Origin: a virus
Lineage: Duplodnaviria; Caudoviricetes
IMG/VR virus record: IMGVR_UViG_3300025571_000003
Coordinates: 1 to 60,237 of that record
Reading direction: 5' to 3' (one strand)
Length of the DNA: 60,237 nucleotides
The notes beneath the pieces are model-generated. The model was not told the origin of the DNA and searched no databases. It saw only the letters and a list, made by a program, of their open reading frames with translations. Positions 36,348 to 46,202 of the stretch are shown here, piece after piece. Every line of letters starts with the position of its first letter. Positions within the stretch are counted from its first letter, which is position 1. The translations under genes and the position numbers were made by a program.

Positions 36348-37478
36348 TTACTTCACGTACCCGGCGTTCAAGTACGCCGCATGGTCGTGTGCCTCCTTCG
36401 AGAGGGCAGGGAGGTTGTTGGCCGCACAGAACCGAAGGAAGTTCACGCCGACATTATCGACCGGCTCCTTCTGGATTGCGGCGATGATGACGGCGTCCAT
36501 GCGTTCCTTGACCTCGTCTGGTTGGGCCGTGAGATCGATGAGAAGTCGATTGCGCTCGTACTCGTCAATGACGCGGACCTCCTTCGTCACGGGACTGGAG
36601 CCATCAGTCTCTACGAGTTTCTCCCACCGCTGGAGCATGAAGTTGTTCCAGTGGTAGCCACCACTCTTGCGGTCCTCCCAGGCCTCGTGGATGCCGGTCT
36701 TCTTGCTCGATCCGTAGTAGCGAACGCCGGGGTAGGCGGACTGGATGCCGTCGCCAACATCGCCACGAATGCATTTCACGAACAGGGCCTTTTTCCACCA
36801 CTCCTCGTCGGGTGACGGAGGCTCCCACTTGAATTCCTTGGGTTTGTAAGAGGGGTCCTTCTTCTTCGCGTTCTGCTCTGAACGCTTATGCTGGCGCGCA
36901 ACTTCCTCAACCGTGCCCGCGACCTTGATCTTGCCGCTCGACTGGCAGATCGAAAATACGCACTCCTCGCCCTTGAATGTCTTAACACCGGCGATGGTGA
37001 TGATGCGCTCGGACACTCCATCGATGATGGTTACGTTCGGCGCCAGAAGCTGGACGAAGTCGGAGTCGCCCGAGAGAATGAAATGCTCATCGTTGGGGTG
37101 GAGCTGAATCCAGCGCGCCACGAAATCATCGCCCTCGACGCCGTCGCATTGCAGGACCGTGCAGCGGGTCTTCTCGGCCAGGTACTCCACGAACTGGCGC
37201 TGGACCTCGTAGAAGACCTCGTCCTCCTCACGCTCTCGCTCGGACTTGTTCAGGCGGTCCAGACGGCGCTTGGCCTTGTAAGCCGGGTAGTAGTCGTATC
37301 GCCACGAGCGGCCTTCCACGCAGAAGACCATGTGATCGACGTTCATTTCCCGATAAAGCTTGCGCAAACTGCGGAAGATGATGTGAAGGGTCATACCAGC
37401 CTTTGTAAATGCATCCCCGCGAACGACATGCTGAGCGCGGCCAAACAGATTGGCGAGATCAATAATTGCAAAACGCAT
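36348..37478 (-). CDS. 5'-3' exonuclease / flap endonuclease (T4 RNase H-like)
   Basis: IID..N, SWR..Y..YK..R, EGDD, SGDSDF.QL, KC.RGD..D.I.SA.PG motifs. Confidence 0.9.
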   Translation of the reverse strand: MRFAIIDLANLFGRAQHVVRGDAFTKAGMTLHIIFRSLRKLYREMNVDHMVFCVEGRSWRYDYYPAYKAKRRLDRLNKSEREREEDEVFYEVQRQFVEYLAEKTRCTVLQCDGVEGDDFVARWIQLHPNDEHFILSGDSDFVQLLAPNVTIIDGVSERIITIAGVKTFKGEECVFSICQSSGKIKVAGTVEEVARQHKRSEQNAKKKDPSYKPKEFKWEPPSPDEEWWKKALFVKCIRGDVGDGIQSAYPGVRYYGSSKKTGIHEAWEDRKSGGYHWNNFMLQRWEKLVETDGSSPVTKEVRVIDEYERNRLLIDLTAQPDEVKERMDAVIIAAIQKEPVDNVGVNFLRFCAANNLPALSKEAHDHAAYLNAGYVK

Positions 37479-37523
37479 CAAAGGATATCCTGTGAAGAAA
37501 TGTACCGGAATATACGATATTGA

Positions 37524-37814
37524 TCATGATCCGGGAAATCTGTTCTTGAGGCGCCAACTGGAGCTTTGCAGTTTGTCCATTTCCCCGTTTGGCCTTTCCC
37601 ATTCGCCGTTGTCAGCGACGAAGAGTATGGCGTTCGCTGCCATGTCTATGAGACTGGCTACGTCCTGAGTATGAATCCCGTTCAGCACAGCCGTGGAATC
37701 GTCATCCATGGCCGCATCGAGCTTCTCCCGCACGATGCGAACAACGGCTTCTACCCTGAGGGAACGGTCGAGTTTGGAAATATCGTCAAAGGAATAGGTC
37801 ACGGCAATCCTCAC
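37524..37814 (-). CDS. hypothetical protein
   Basis: GTGA overlap with the upstream gene. Confidence 0.55.
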   Translation of the reverse strand: MRIAVTYSFDDISKLDRSLRVEAVVRIVREKLDAAMDDDSTAVLNGIHTQDVASLIDMAANAILFVADNGEWERPNGEMDKLQSSSWRLKNRFPGS

Positions 37815-38635
37815 ATATAGTCGGTGCTACCATCGCCACGTGAGGCGCTCTGGACAAACTGATTTCGCGGAGGGATGGGGCCACCAAATCGGACGTTCTC
37901 GGACGTGATCGAGCGGCAGACATCTGCAAACCATTGGTCCACGATCTCTTCATCCGAGTTGCCCGTGTAGCCGTTGATCTTCAAGAACTCGATCCAGTAT
38001 TCGTTCCAGTCGAGTTCGATACCGAAACCATTGATACCGAGGTTCGGGTTGTACTCTTGATCGATGACACCAACCCACGGCTCCATTCTTGCTGTGGCAA
38101 TGCGCTTGTTCATCTCGTGCTCGGTGATGTCACCAAATTCATAGGCAAGCCGGGTGAGCGCGATTTCCTTCTCAACATCGTCCTCACATTCCATTTCGAT
38201 TACGCGAGTGCGATATTCCCTCTCGGTTATGTGGCCGTGCTCGTAATCGAGTTCGAGCAGAGACCTCATGAGTTCGTTATCGTTCTTGGCAAATTCCGTG
38301 ATAACGATTTTCTCATAGTCGTATTTGCTGATCACGCCATGACGATAATCGACATCGGCCTTGGCAATACGATCATTATCCTTGCCGTCCAGGCGAAGAA
38401 GCTCGCACTCGTAATGGTACTTGTCGATCCGATTATTGACGAAATCCCGGCGCAGTCGCTCGCGTTCCCTCTCGACCGGGTCTGGATACTCAAGCTCCAG
38501 CAGGCGGCGCTCGCGCTCCTCGCCATCGTAATAGTAGCGGACCCGCTCTTTCTCACGTTCCAAGCCGGTCAGAGACCAGTGGGATGGCAAAAATCCGAAA
38601 GGAATAAGACGAAATCGCTTCATGAAAGTCTCCAT
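37811..38635 (-). CDS. hypothetical protein with internal repeats and conserved-type C-terminus
   Basis: Repeats (Y/F).(H/F)G.I(S/T)..EY. C-terminal ELDWN..I..L...GY.G..DEEIVDQWF..VCR. Confidence 0.75.
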   Translation of the reverse strand: METFMKRFRLIPFGFLPSHWSLTGLEREKERVRYYYDGEERERRLLELEYPDPVERERERLRRDFVNNRIDKYHYECELLRLDGKDNDRIAKADVDYRHGVISKYDYEKIVITEFAKNDNELMRSLLELDYEHGHITEREYRTRVIEMECEDDVEKEIALTRLAYEFGDITEHEMNKRIATARMEPWVGVIDQEYNPNLGINGFGIELDWNEYWIEFLKINGYTGNSDEEIVDQWFADVCRSITSENVRFGGPIPPRNQFVQSASRGDGSTDYM

Positions 38636-38640
38636 AAAAT

Positions 38641-38674
38641 GACGGGGAGAGTAGACCGTCTACTCTCCCCCGTC
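38641..38674 (-). terminator. long hairpin, terminator or processing site
   Basis: GACGGGGAGAGTAGA/TCTACTCTCCCCCGTC near-perfect stem, followed by TTTT on -. Confidence 0.55.
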
Positions 38675-38776
38675 CGGCGAAGGACAAGCGCGGTGGCCGT
38701 CCCTCTTCCCCACCCGCAATACGATTATTATCACCTCCAAATCTGAATATCAGGCAGAGTGGGGCGATTTTGACTA

Positions 38777-39511
38777 TCAACGCGACGCGCGCAGATAGTA
38801 GCGATAGACGCCGATTTCCGTCTCGATTTCGGTCGAAATGATACCGCGAGCGGAAACACGGACGGTGGCATCCTCGGCTGAGAGCTTGAGCGTCTGAAGG
38901 AACGGCCCGACCTCCCAAGAGTAACCTGGGGTGAGTGCACCGTCAGGCGCATCAACGCCCTCGGCGAACACGACGGTCGCATAGTGTGTGGACGACGTGT
39001 CCTGACCGAAGGAGAAGATAAGGTTGCCGTCCTGGATGAAGGCACCGAAGGTCTTATCAACCTCCGAGATCAGCGACGACATCTGCTGGAACTCGGCAAC
39101 CTTGGACTTCGAGGGAACGACGGAGACGGTCCAGTTGATATTGGCGGCAAGGCCCGAGCCAGCGACCTGATCGGGGCTCATGCAGCGCATGACGGCCCGA
39201 CCTCCCTTGCCGTCCCGGAACTCGAAGTGCTCGACCGTTTCTCCGCCCGACCACGGACGGTGCTTCACGGTGAGACTTGCGGACTCGCTCCGGTAGCTCG
39301 GGAAGTCCAGGAGACCCTTGAGCAGGCCGAGGTTGGAGATGCCAAACTCTCCGCGCAGTTCTGGAGCGGGGACCTTGATGGTGCCGCTCAGGAACTGGAC
39401 CTGCTTCTTGTCCTTCGCAAGAAGTGTTGTCTCCTTCTCGGAGCCAATGATCTTGATAACGTCAAACAGGCCGTAAGAATGCTTTACAATATCCGAAAGA
39501 ACGTCTCGCAT
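38777..39511 (-). CDS. sliding clamp (T4 gp45-like)
   Basis: About 244 aa directly after PolB. M.D.L.DIVKH, FG..NL..L..LL, C-terminal Y.Y.L.A. Confidence 0.65.
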   Translation of the reverse strand: MRDVLSDIVKHSYGLFDVIKIIGSEKETTLLAKDKKQVQFLSGTIKVPAPELRGEFGISNLGLLKGLLDFPSYRSESASLTVKHRPWSGGETVEHFEFRDGKGGRAVMRCMSPDQVAGSGLAANINWTVSVVPSKSKVAEFQQMSSLISEVDKTFGAFIQDGNLIFSFGQDTSSTHYATVVFAEGVDAPDGALTPGYSWEVGPFLQTLKLSAEDATVRVSARGIISTEIETEIGVYRYYLRASR

Positions 39512-39573
39512 AAGTCTGAACCCTGAATGTGCCAATAATACTTCTCGGCAGTCCCAAAATCAAATTATGTTTG

Positions 39574-42537
39574 TCATTCGAGGAAAATAAGTTCGTCGTC
39601 GCCGACCAAATCCTTCGACGGAGTCAAGTCCCAGTCGAGAACACCGACAAGATTGAGAATCTTGTTGTCGATGATGGTCGCCTCCATCGCCGCGTGGTCG
39701 AAAGGCAGTTCCTTGAACCATTTCGGGAGGTGCGGTTCATCGATGGGATAGGCCACCGAGTCCATGTTGAAGACGTTCGGTTTCAGCTTGCACACGATGA
39801 CCTTCGAGCCGTCGCCGATGCGCATGCTGTAGAGGTCGTTGTGGATGTCGAGGAGCTTGTTCCAGTTGATGGACGCCCTGACATGGCCTGGCATGTCGAT
39901 CCTGGACTTCTCACCCTTGCGCAGGGCCTTGAGGAGCATGGCCTTGTTCTCGGTGGCCTCCTGCCTGTCGGCGTAGTCAGAAAGCGCTTTCACGCCCTTG
40001 GGTGTGCCCTTCTCCCAACCGGGGCGGGCGGCGAACGCGCGGCGGAATTCCTTAAGACGCGCGTTGAGTTCGTCACGGCTCAGGCCGGTCAGCAAGCCCA
40101 GGAGAAACTCGTTCAGGAACGTCTGCATGAACTTCGGTGTGTCGGCCCGCTTGAGATCGAGGCCCATGGCCTTGATTTCTCCGGGCTTGCCGTCACGGTC
40201 CTTGCGCTTGCCCTCCTTGTCGTAAACGAGACAGGCGTATTTCTTCTTCTTGATGAAGAGTGCCTTCGTGGCGACGATCTCACGACCGGCCTTGATGTAG
40301 GAACCGCGTTCGAACGTCGTGTTGAAGGTGCGCATCATGAACTCGGGAAACGAGGCATTCGCCACCTCGGTGATCGCGTCGTAAAGCTCGATCACGTTCT
40401 CCTTGGTCCATGTGAAATTTGCATAGGCCGGATCGTCCTTCATGGCCTCGTAGACCGAGAAGTAACAGCTGTCGGTGTCGGCATACTGGATGGCTGCGCC
40501 CTTGTAATCATAGACGCCGGTGATCACCTCGTTGATCTTGGCGTTCATGTGCCGGACGATGCTTCGGCCACTGAGCGTCGTGGACTGTCCGAGCCGCTTG
40601 TCGAAGAACCTCAGGCCCTTGTTGAGGAGGGCACCGTAGAGAGAGTTGAGCAGGATTTTTCTCGCCAGCTGGCGGCGGTTCCAGAAGCCCGTCAGGTACT
40701 TGTACTCGCCCTTGGTCTCCTCGTCCTGCGGGAGGATGCGACCGTCCTGAATGACGAGCTTGTTCGCCTTCATGAACGTGGCGATCTCCACCGGATCACC
40801 ACGTTCGACGATCTCACTCAGACGGTCACTTGAAGCCGTATCACCAGGGGTTGCGGCGGCGACTTCAGCTGCCAGCTCGTCGGAGATGGACACGCCGTAA
40901 TATAGGTCCTCGTAAAATTTCTCCCGGTACTGCATGGCCTTGCGGTCGGCATACCACCGCGTGAGCAGGGCCGGGATGATCCCATCCCTATCGGTGCGGA
41001 AGAGCGTACCGTTGGCCGTAATGCAGAGGTGGCTGTCCGGATTGAAGATGTGGTCGTGCCACTCGGCCCCGGTGCGCGTCTCCTCGCGCCCATCCTCCCA
41101 GTCGATGGTGATGAGCTTGTCGGTCCGGTCGAGGATCGCGCTGAATTCCAAAGACGCGAAGATGCCGTCCCACGCGTCAGCGGGCTTCACTCCCTTGGCG
41201 AGAAGGCCGTTGATATACTCGTCGGTGTAGACCGGCCGACACTGGCCCACGATTGTCTCGGGGCTCATGTTCAGCGCACGGATCGTCGAGGGGTACAGGG
41301 AGTTGATATCGGCCGCTCCGACCCAGTCGCGCAGCCCTACCTTAGGCACGGCGACATAGGCGCCAACGACGGCCTTCGGGATGGGGTCACCATCCTCGTC
41401 GTATTCGAGCTCCTCTTCTTCCTCTGGCTGTTCCTCCCGATCAGGACGATCCGGGACCACAAATCCCATGTCGTGCATCTCGTTGATGATCGCCTGCTCG
41501 ACGAGGGCAACCGACCCCATGGTGGTCTTCAGAAGGACCGAGTTCGCATGGGCGATCTGGTTGGACAGCTCGATGTACTTCTTGTTCTGGTCGATCTTGT
41601 GCAGCAGGAGGGTGTCCTGCCTGTTATAGGCGATGAACTTTTCGAAATCCTCCCTGTAAAGCTGGTCGAGCGTACCGTGGTACGGGACCTTGTTCTCGCC
41701 GACTTCGACCTCTCCCACGTAGTCGAGGCGATAGGAGTGAAGCTGTTGAGTGTTGTGCTTCTGGTAGAGCAGCAGATAGTCCAGATGCACGCGCCCCACG
41801 AGATCGTACGTCGTGTGCTTTTTCTTGAACTTCTCATACTCGCGAGACCGGGGAAGCTGATTCCACAGGCAGAGTTCGCGGGTGGCATCTTCGCCCAGCA
41901 CGCGCGCGATGCGATTGACGATGTAGGGAATATCGTACCCTTCCGAGTTCCAGCCGCTGAGAACGTCCGCGTCCTGGATCACGTTGAGGAAGGCCTTCAG
42001 GAGCTGTGACTCATCCGCGAAGATGATCGTGTTCTCAAACTTGGCACCAATGGCCTCGGCTTCCGCCATGGAGAGAGTCGGAGGGCAGAGCGCCAGCGTG
42101 AACAGGGTACCGAGCCAGTTCGCGTAAATCGAAATGGCGTTGATCGAATTGAACGGATCGTTGGGTGGCGCGTATCCTCGCTCCGGGTCGAAGTTCACCT
42201 CGATATCGAAGAAGGCCACATGCAGGTTCGGTGCTTCGCATCCCTTGTAATGCTTTGCGAGGGCGCGGAAGACCGGGTTGATGTCACTCTCGAATACGCG
42301 AACGGGTTTGCCAACCTTGGGCTCTTTCTTCCGCATGAGTTCCTGACGGAACTTGCCGGGGTTGTTCGTCACAAAGCGCTTGCAGGTGTCACCGAAAATG
42401 GAGCGATGGCCACCGGCGGGGTGCTCATAGTAAAATACATATTCGGCCGGGACATCGTTGAAAACCCGTTTGCCATTAATTCGCTCAACAATTCGGATGG
42501 TGTTGGAATAGCGATCATGAATTGCATCTACGTACAT
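39574..42537 (-). CDS. family B DNA polymerase (T4 gp43-like)
   Basis: Exo DIE, GWN..YD, YN.QD. Pol DINSLYPS, K.LLNSLYG, YADTDS, KKKY. Confidence 0.97.
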   Translation of the reverse strand: MYVDAIHDRYSNTIRIVERINGKRVFNDVPAEYVFYYEHPAGGHRSIFGDTCKRFVTNNPGKFRQELMRKKEPKVGKPVRVFESDINPVFRALAKHYKGCEAPNLHVAFFDIEVNFDPERGYAPPNDPFNSINAISIYANWLGTLFTLALCPPTLSMAEAEAIGAKFENTIIFADESQLLKAFLNVIQDADVLSGWNSEGYDIPYIVNRIARVLGEDATRELCLWNQLPRSREYEKFKKKHTTYDLVGRVHLDYLLLYQKHNTQQLHSYRLDYVGEVEVGENKVPYHGTLDQLYREDFEKFIAYNRQDTLLLHKIDQNKKYIELSNQIAHANSVLLKTTMGSVALVEQAIINEMHDMGFVVPDRPDREEQPEEEEELEYDEDGDPIPKAVVGAYVAVPKVGLRDWVGAADINSLYPSTIRALNMSPETIVGQCRPVYTDEYINGLLAKGVKPADAWDGIFASLEFSAILDRTDKLITIDWEDGREETRTGAEWHDHIFNPDSHLCITANGTLFRTDRDGIIPALLTRWYADRKAMQYREKFYEDLYYGVSISDELAAEVAAATPGDTASSDRLSEIVERGDPVEIATFMKANKLVIQDGRILPQDEETKGEYKYLTGFWNRRQLARKILLNSLYGALLNKGLRFFDKRLGQSTTLSGRSIVRHMNAKINEVITGVYDYKGAAIQYADTDSCYFSVYEAMKDDPAYANFTWTKENVIELYDAITEVANASFPEFMMRTFNTTFERGSYIKAGREIVATKALFIKKKKYACLVYDKEGKRKDRDGKPGEIKAMGLDLKRADTPKFMQTFLNEFLLGLLTGLSRDELNARLKEFRRAFAARPGWEKGTPKGVKALSDYADRQEATENKAMLLKALRKGEKSRIDMPGHVRASINWNKLLDIHNDLYSMRIGDGSKVIVCKLKPNVFNMDSVAYPIDEPHLPKWFKELPFDHAAMEATIIDNKILNLVGVLDWDLTPSKDLVGDDELIFLE

Positions 42538-42800
42538 TAATCTGCTCTATCTTCTAGGAAATAAAAAGTACAACGCTCCTGAAGTGGGTCTTCGGATATG
42601 ATTATGTCCTGAAATGTTAACTTGAAGGCCAGGGCGTCCGTATAGCTTCTGAAGTACACCGCCATCGAATGAGTATCGAACCGGTATCCTTCCTCGCAGT
42701 TGTCCTTCAGCCAAGACCGGATCGCGTCACGCTGCGACTTGAATAGTAATTTCTTGGAAAGTATGAAAGAATGGTCGTACGGTCGAAGGTATGTCTTCAT
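42537..42800 (-). CDS. hypothetical protein with F...DA.AFKL motif
   Basis: WL.DNC..GY...VYF....DALAFKLTF. TAATG-coupled to pol. Confidence 0.6.
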   Translation of the reverse strand: MKTYLRPYDHSFILSKKLLFKSQRDAIRSWLKDNCEEGYRFDTHSMAVYFRSYTDALAFKLTFQDIIISEDPLQERCTFYFLEDRAD

Positions 42801-42852
42801 GATCGTTGGAGAACACAAAGAAAGAGGGGCGGCCAAGGCCGCCCCTGAACAG

Positions 42853-43110
42853 TCAAAGGCGACCAGTCGCCTCAAGGATCGTCTCGACCGCCTGGACCTT
42901 CTCGACCTCTTCGTGGATGTTCGCCTTGTAGGCGTGCCGGAGGGTCTTCATCAGCAGGGAAGGTTTCACATCGAGGTGCTCGGCAAGCTCAGAAGCAAGG
43001 TCCTTCAGGCTGCCCTTCAGGTCGTCGATCTCCTGAAGCGTCTTGATACCCGCATCCATGAACTCGGTGAGCTTGGTCTTGTCGGCGGTCGAGAGATGTT
43101 CAAAAGACAT
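42853..43110 (-). CDS. small DNA-binding protein (T4 DsbA/GapR-like)
   Basis: EI.DL...LKD....LAE..D.KP..L.K..R.AYK pattern. Followed by a hairpin at 42821-42846. Confidence 0.6.
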   Translation of the reverse strand: MSFEHLSTADKTKLTEFMDAGIKTLQEIDDLKGSLKDLASELAEHLDVKPSLLMKTLRHAYKANIHEEVEKVQAVETILEATGRL

Positions 43111-43221
43111 ATGCAATCCCTTTGTTTAAAACGAATAACAATATGAACCGGCAATGGTCGGATGCTTAGAAAGTACGCATCTCACCCCTCGAATGTCAAA
43201 ATCTTTTCGATGGGGTGTGGA

Positions 43222-44592
43222 TCAAAGCTTTTCGCCGGGTACGGTGCCGCGAAAGCCCCGAAAGCGCGGGAAGCGCAGGGAATGGACGCTGGCGCCCTGC
43301 TCAAGCGTCAGTGCATCGGCCCTGATTTCCACGATCATTCCAAGATAGGCTTCCTTGTTGCGCCAGATTTGATCGCGCAGCTCGTCGGTGAGGCCAGACC
43401 CGACATTGGTTTCAATTTCGACATCCATGTCATGGCCGCGACAGACGAGGGCACCAAGAGTACCTGCATACTTTCCGTCTGGATCGCCCTCTTCGAAGCC
43501 AACAATCGATAACGACACCTCAATGAAGGGCTTTTTCTTCAACCAGTGCGGACGGCGTCTTCCCGGCTCATAGGGAGCGTCCGGGTCTTTGTACATGACC
43601 GCCTCATGAAATCCTGCACGAATTGCTTCTTCTGTCAGACGCGCAGCTTCCTGTCGGCCTTCCTCGGTGTCCAGATCAACGAGGACCTTGGGCAACACGA
43701 AGACACGGCCATCCGTCTCCTTCTGAAGAAGGCCGCTGACCTCCAACTCAACAAGCATCTTGTGCCGATCCATCTGAGAGATGGGACAGTACCCGGCCAT
43801 GAAATCGGAAAGTGGAATGATATCAAACAGCGCGAGGCGGCAGGTCGAGGTGTCGAGATCGGTGGTACGGCTGATCTGCTGCATCAATTCCTGAAAAGAA
43901 CCGGCAACGACTTCGCCATCAAGAACCACCGAACCGGGCAGGTGAGGGATGATCCTCTCAAGGCCCTGCCTGATTTCAGTGAAGCGGTCGTTGGGTGAGC
44001 CGTTGCGTCCGGTGAGCTGGGTGACCACCCCGGATTCCTTGTCGAGGATGCTGAGCAGGCGGACGCCATCGAGCTTGGTGTCGATGAGTTTCTTCCCCTT
44101 GAGGAGCTTGGCGTTCCTGCCGGAACCGTCCTCGGCGAGCTGGGCTGTGAGGACGGGGATCATGAATTGCTTCGCGTCTGGGTCATTCTTGGCAATGGGG
44201 CCAAGGATGCTGTTATAGGTTTTGGCCTCCACTCCGATCCGGAGGTCCTTGCGAAGGATGCGGCGGTAGAAGTCATTCCACATCCCAATGTGGCAACGAC
44301 AGGCAGCGTCGAGGATGGCTTCCCTGGCGGCGTTTCCGGTCAGTTCGCGACGCCTGAGCTTCTCTGCCAGAGCCAGGAAATCCTCGAACGTGAAAGTACC
44401 GGGGTCGTTTTCGTCACCTTCCTCGATGAATGGAACCTTCTGGACGCCGAAAGTGATGAGGGGGTCATACGCAAGACGGCATGCGTAGAAGAACTCCCGG
44501 TTACCTGCGTGGTAGGCTTCTGTGATCAGCTCGGCCTTTGCGTTGCGACTATTCGTGGATTCGAGACTATGAATCAAATCAATGGTTTGCAT
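43222..44592 (-). CDS. ATP-dependent DNA ligase
   Basis: KLDGVR motif I, LDGE, LFD, Y...R...WLK.K, GSG, SLRFPRF. Confidence 0.95.
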   Translation of the reverse strand: MQTIDLIHSLESTNSRNAKAELITEAYHAGNREFFYACRLAYDPLITFGVQKVPFIEEGDENDPGTFTFEDFLALAEKLRRRELTGNAAREAILDAACRCHIGMWNDFYRRILRKDLRIGVEAKTYNSILGPIAKNDPDAKQFMIPVLTAQLAEDGSGRNAKLLKGKKLIDTKLDGVRLLSILDKESGVVTQLTGRNGSPNDRFTEIRQGLERIIPHLPGSVVLDGEVVAGSFQELMQQISRTTDLDTSTCRLALFDIIPLSDFMAGYCPISQMDRHKMLVELEVSGLLQKETDGRVFVLPKVLVDLDTEEGRQEAARLTEEAIRAGFHEAVMYKDPDAPYEPGRRRPHWLKKKPFIEVSLSIVGFEEGDPDGKYAGTLGALVCRGHDMDVEIETNVGSGLTDELRDQIWRNKEAYLGMIVEIRADALTLEQGASVHSLRFPRFRGFRGTVPGEKL

Positions 44593-44727
44593 GTTGGTAT
44601 CTTCCTAACAGGCAACATTATATTTGGCGGGCAGCAATATGCAAAAATTTTCGCTTGACGATTCGCCGAATCGAGGTAAAAAATGAGGACATAAAGAATT
44701 TCACGAGACATAAAAAGGAGCGACGAG

Positions 44728-45288
44728 ATGGCTTTCCTTTCGCGCGAGATGTATATCCCGAAGGGCGCTACCAAGGTGGAGGATGAAGCCACCGGCGCGG
44801 TCGCCTATTACATCAGTGAGGGCAACTCGCATATTGCCCTTGGCTTCAAGGGGCGCGCGAGCAAGCCGAGCTTCCACTACCGTTTCCAGTCCCGCGAGAA
44901 GATGGACAAGTACATTGCCGACTTCTTCAGCAACGTTCGCGCGCAGAAGGAGGCCGCTGTCGCTCGCCGCAAGGAGCGATACGCCCCGCACAATGTCGTT
45001 GTCGGTGACATCTTCGGCTGCTCCTGGGGGTGGGAGCAAACCAACGTTGACTGGTATCAGGTCGTGGATGTGCGCGGGAAGAACAGCGTCTACGTCCGCC
45101 AGATCAAGGGAAGTACGCGGGAGTCGGGTTTCATGAGCGGCTACAGCTCGCCGATTCCCAATGCCTTCATCGATGACACGGTGATTATGTGCCGCGTCAA
45201 CATGCAGAATGGTACCCCTTGCATCAAGATCAAAGGTCACTACGCGTTCCGTGGCACTGAGCCGCGCTACGTGAGCTGGTATGCCTAA
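44728..45288 (+). CDS. hypothetical (early-type) protein
   Basis: AGGAG RBS, TTGACG promoter at 44655. GDI...SWG.EQTNVD.YQV motif. Confidence 0.8.
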   Translation: MAFLSREMYIPKGATKVEDEATGAVAYYISEGNSHIALGFKGRASKPSFHYRFQSREKMDKYIADFFSNVRAQKEAAVARRKERYAPHNVVVGDIFGCSWGWEQTNVDWYQVVDVRGKNSVYVRQIKGSTRESGFMSGYSSPIPNAFIDDTVIMCRVNMQNGTPCIKIKGHYAFRGTEPRYVSWYA

Positions 45289-45301
45289 GAGGAAGTTTCC
45301 G

Positions 45302-45589
45302 ATGAACGCTCTCAGCTATGAACAGGCGAAGGCTCTGATCGCGGAGGCCGAGCGGACAATGTTTGAAGCTAGCGCTCGACTGAATTCCATTCCCGGCGTC
45401 GGGTCAGGATATGCGGGATTGACGCCGGAGCACGTCCGGTGCTCACCCCAGTACCGCAAGGCAAAAATGGAATTTGACGCGGCATTCGCGAACCTCCGAG
45501 AACTGAATAGCTGGTTCGTCGAAAATTTCGCGAAGGAAATTCGAGCGGAGCGTCGCCGGAAGATGAACATCACGACCGCAGGAGTCTGA
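45302..45589 (+). CDS. hypothetical protein
   Basis: GAGG RBS. GLTP..V..SP.Y..AK..F..AF..LR..N motif. Confidence 0.65.
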   Translation: MNALSYEQAKALIAEAERTMFEASARLNSIPGVGSGYAGLTPEHVRCSPQYRKAKMEFDAAFANLRELNSWFVENFAKEIRAERRRKMNITTAGV

Positions 45590-46202
45590 TAAGACTATCC
45601 AGCTCTCCTTTTGTGATCACGGCATACCCCTGGTCGTTCAGGAAATCGAGAACGACCTGGGGGGTTTTCTCATCCGGAATACGCAACTTCTCGGGAAGTT
45701 GCTCCCACGGCCGCATGAGGGGATGTGTTTTCTCCTTGATCGAGAACTCCGGCCCATAGCGCCAACCAGCCTTTTCCCGCTCTGCCATCCATCGGGCATG
45801 CTCGGCCTGGGCAATGCGGAGACACAGATTCCGGTAATCGTCGCGATCCACTTCAACAACATCGGAGCGCTCGATGGTCTCGACATCGACAGCCGAGGCG
45901 CGAATGGTGAAGTCTAGGTCCTCGTGCTCCTCACTGAATGCGGTGACGATGATCTCGATCTCCGCAGCATTGAGTTCGCGCGACAATGGAATGATGTAGT
46001 GGTGGCTCCCGTCCTGTTTCTCGCGATGGATAAGTGAAACGCTTCTCGGGACGCCGTCACCGTCAGGAATAGTGATAGACCAGCGCGTCCCGGTCGGTGA
46101 ATAGGTGTCCACGCATTTGAACCAATCGGAGACGACTTCCTGCGGAAGCTCGTCCTGCGTCACGAGAGTTATATGGCGATCTATGGCGACAGGTCGGTTC
46201 AT
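45570..46202 (-). CDS. RyR-domain-containing protein
   Basis: IA..EH.RWM.ER...GWRYG......KTHP.M.PW..LPE, the ryanodine-receptor repeat signature. Confidence 0.8.
   Translation of the reverse strand: MNRPVAIDRHITLVTQDELPQEVVSDWFKCVDTYSPTGTRWSITIPDGDGVPRSVSLIHREKQDGSHHYIIPLSRELNAAEIEIIVTAFSEEHEDLDFTIRASAVDVETIERSDVVEVDRDDYRNLCLRIAQAEHARWMAEREKAGWRYGPEFSIKEKTHPLMRPWEQLPEKLRIPDEKTPQVVLDFLNDQGYAVITKGELDSLIRLLRS

Noticed and set aside
39574-42537. Intein or intron in DNA polymerase
   Set aside because: Continuous ORF. The insertion lacks C/S...HN splice motifs and LAGLIDADG blocks.
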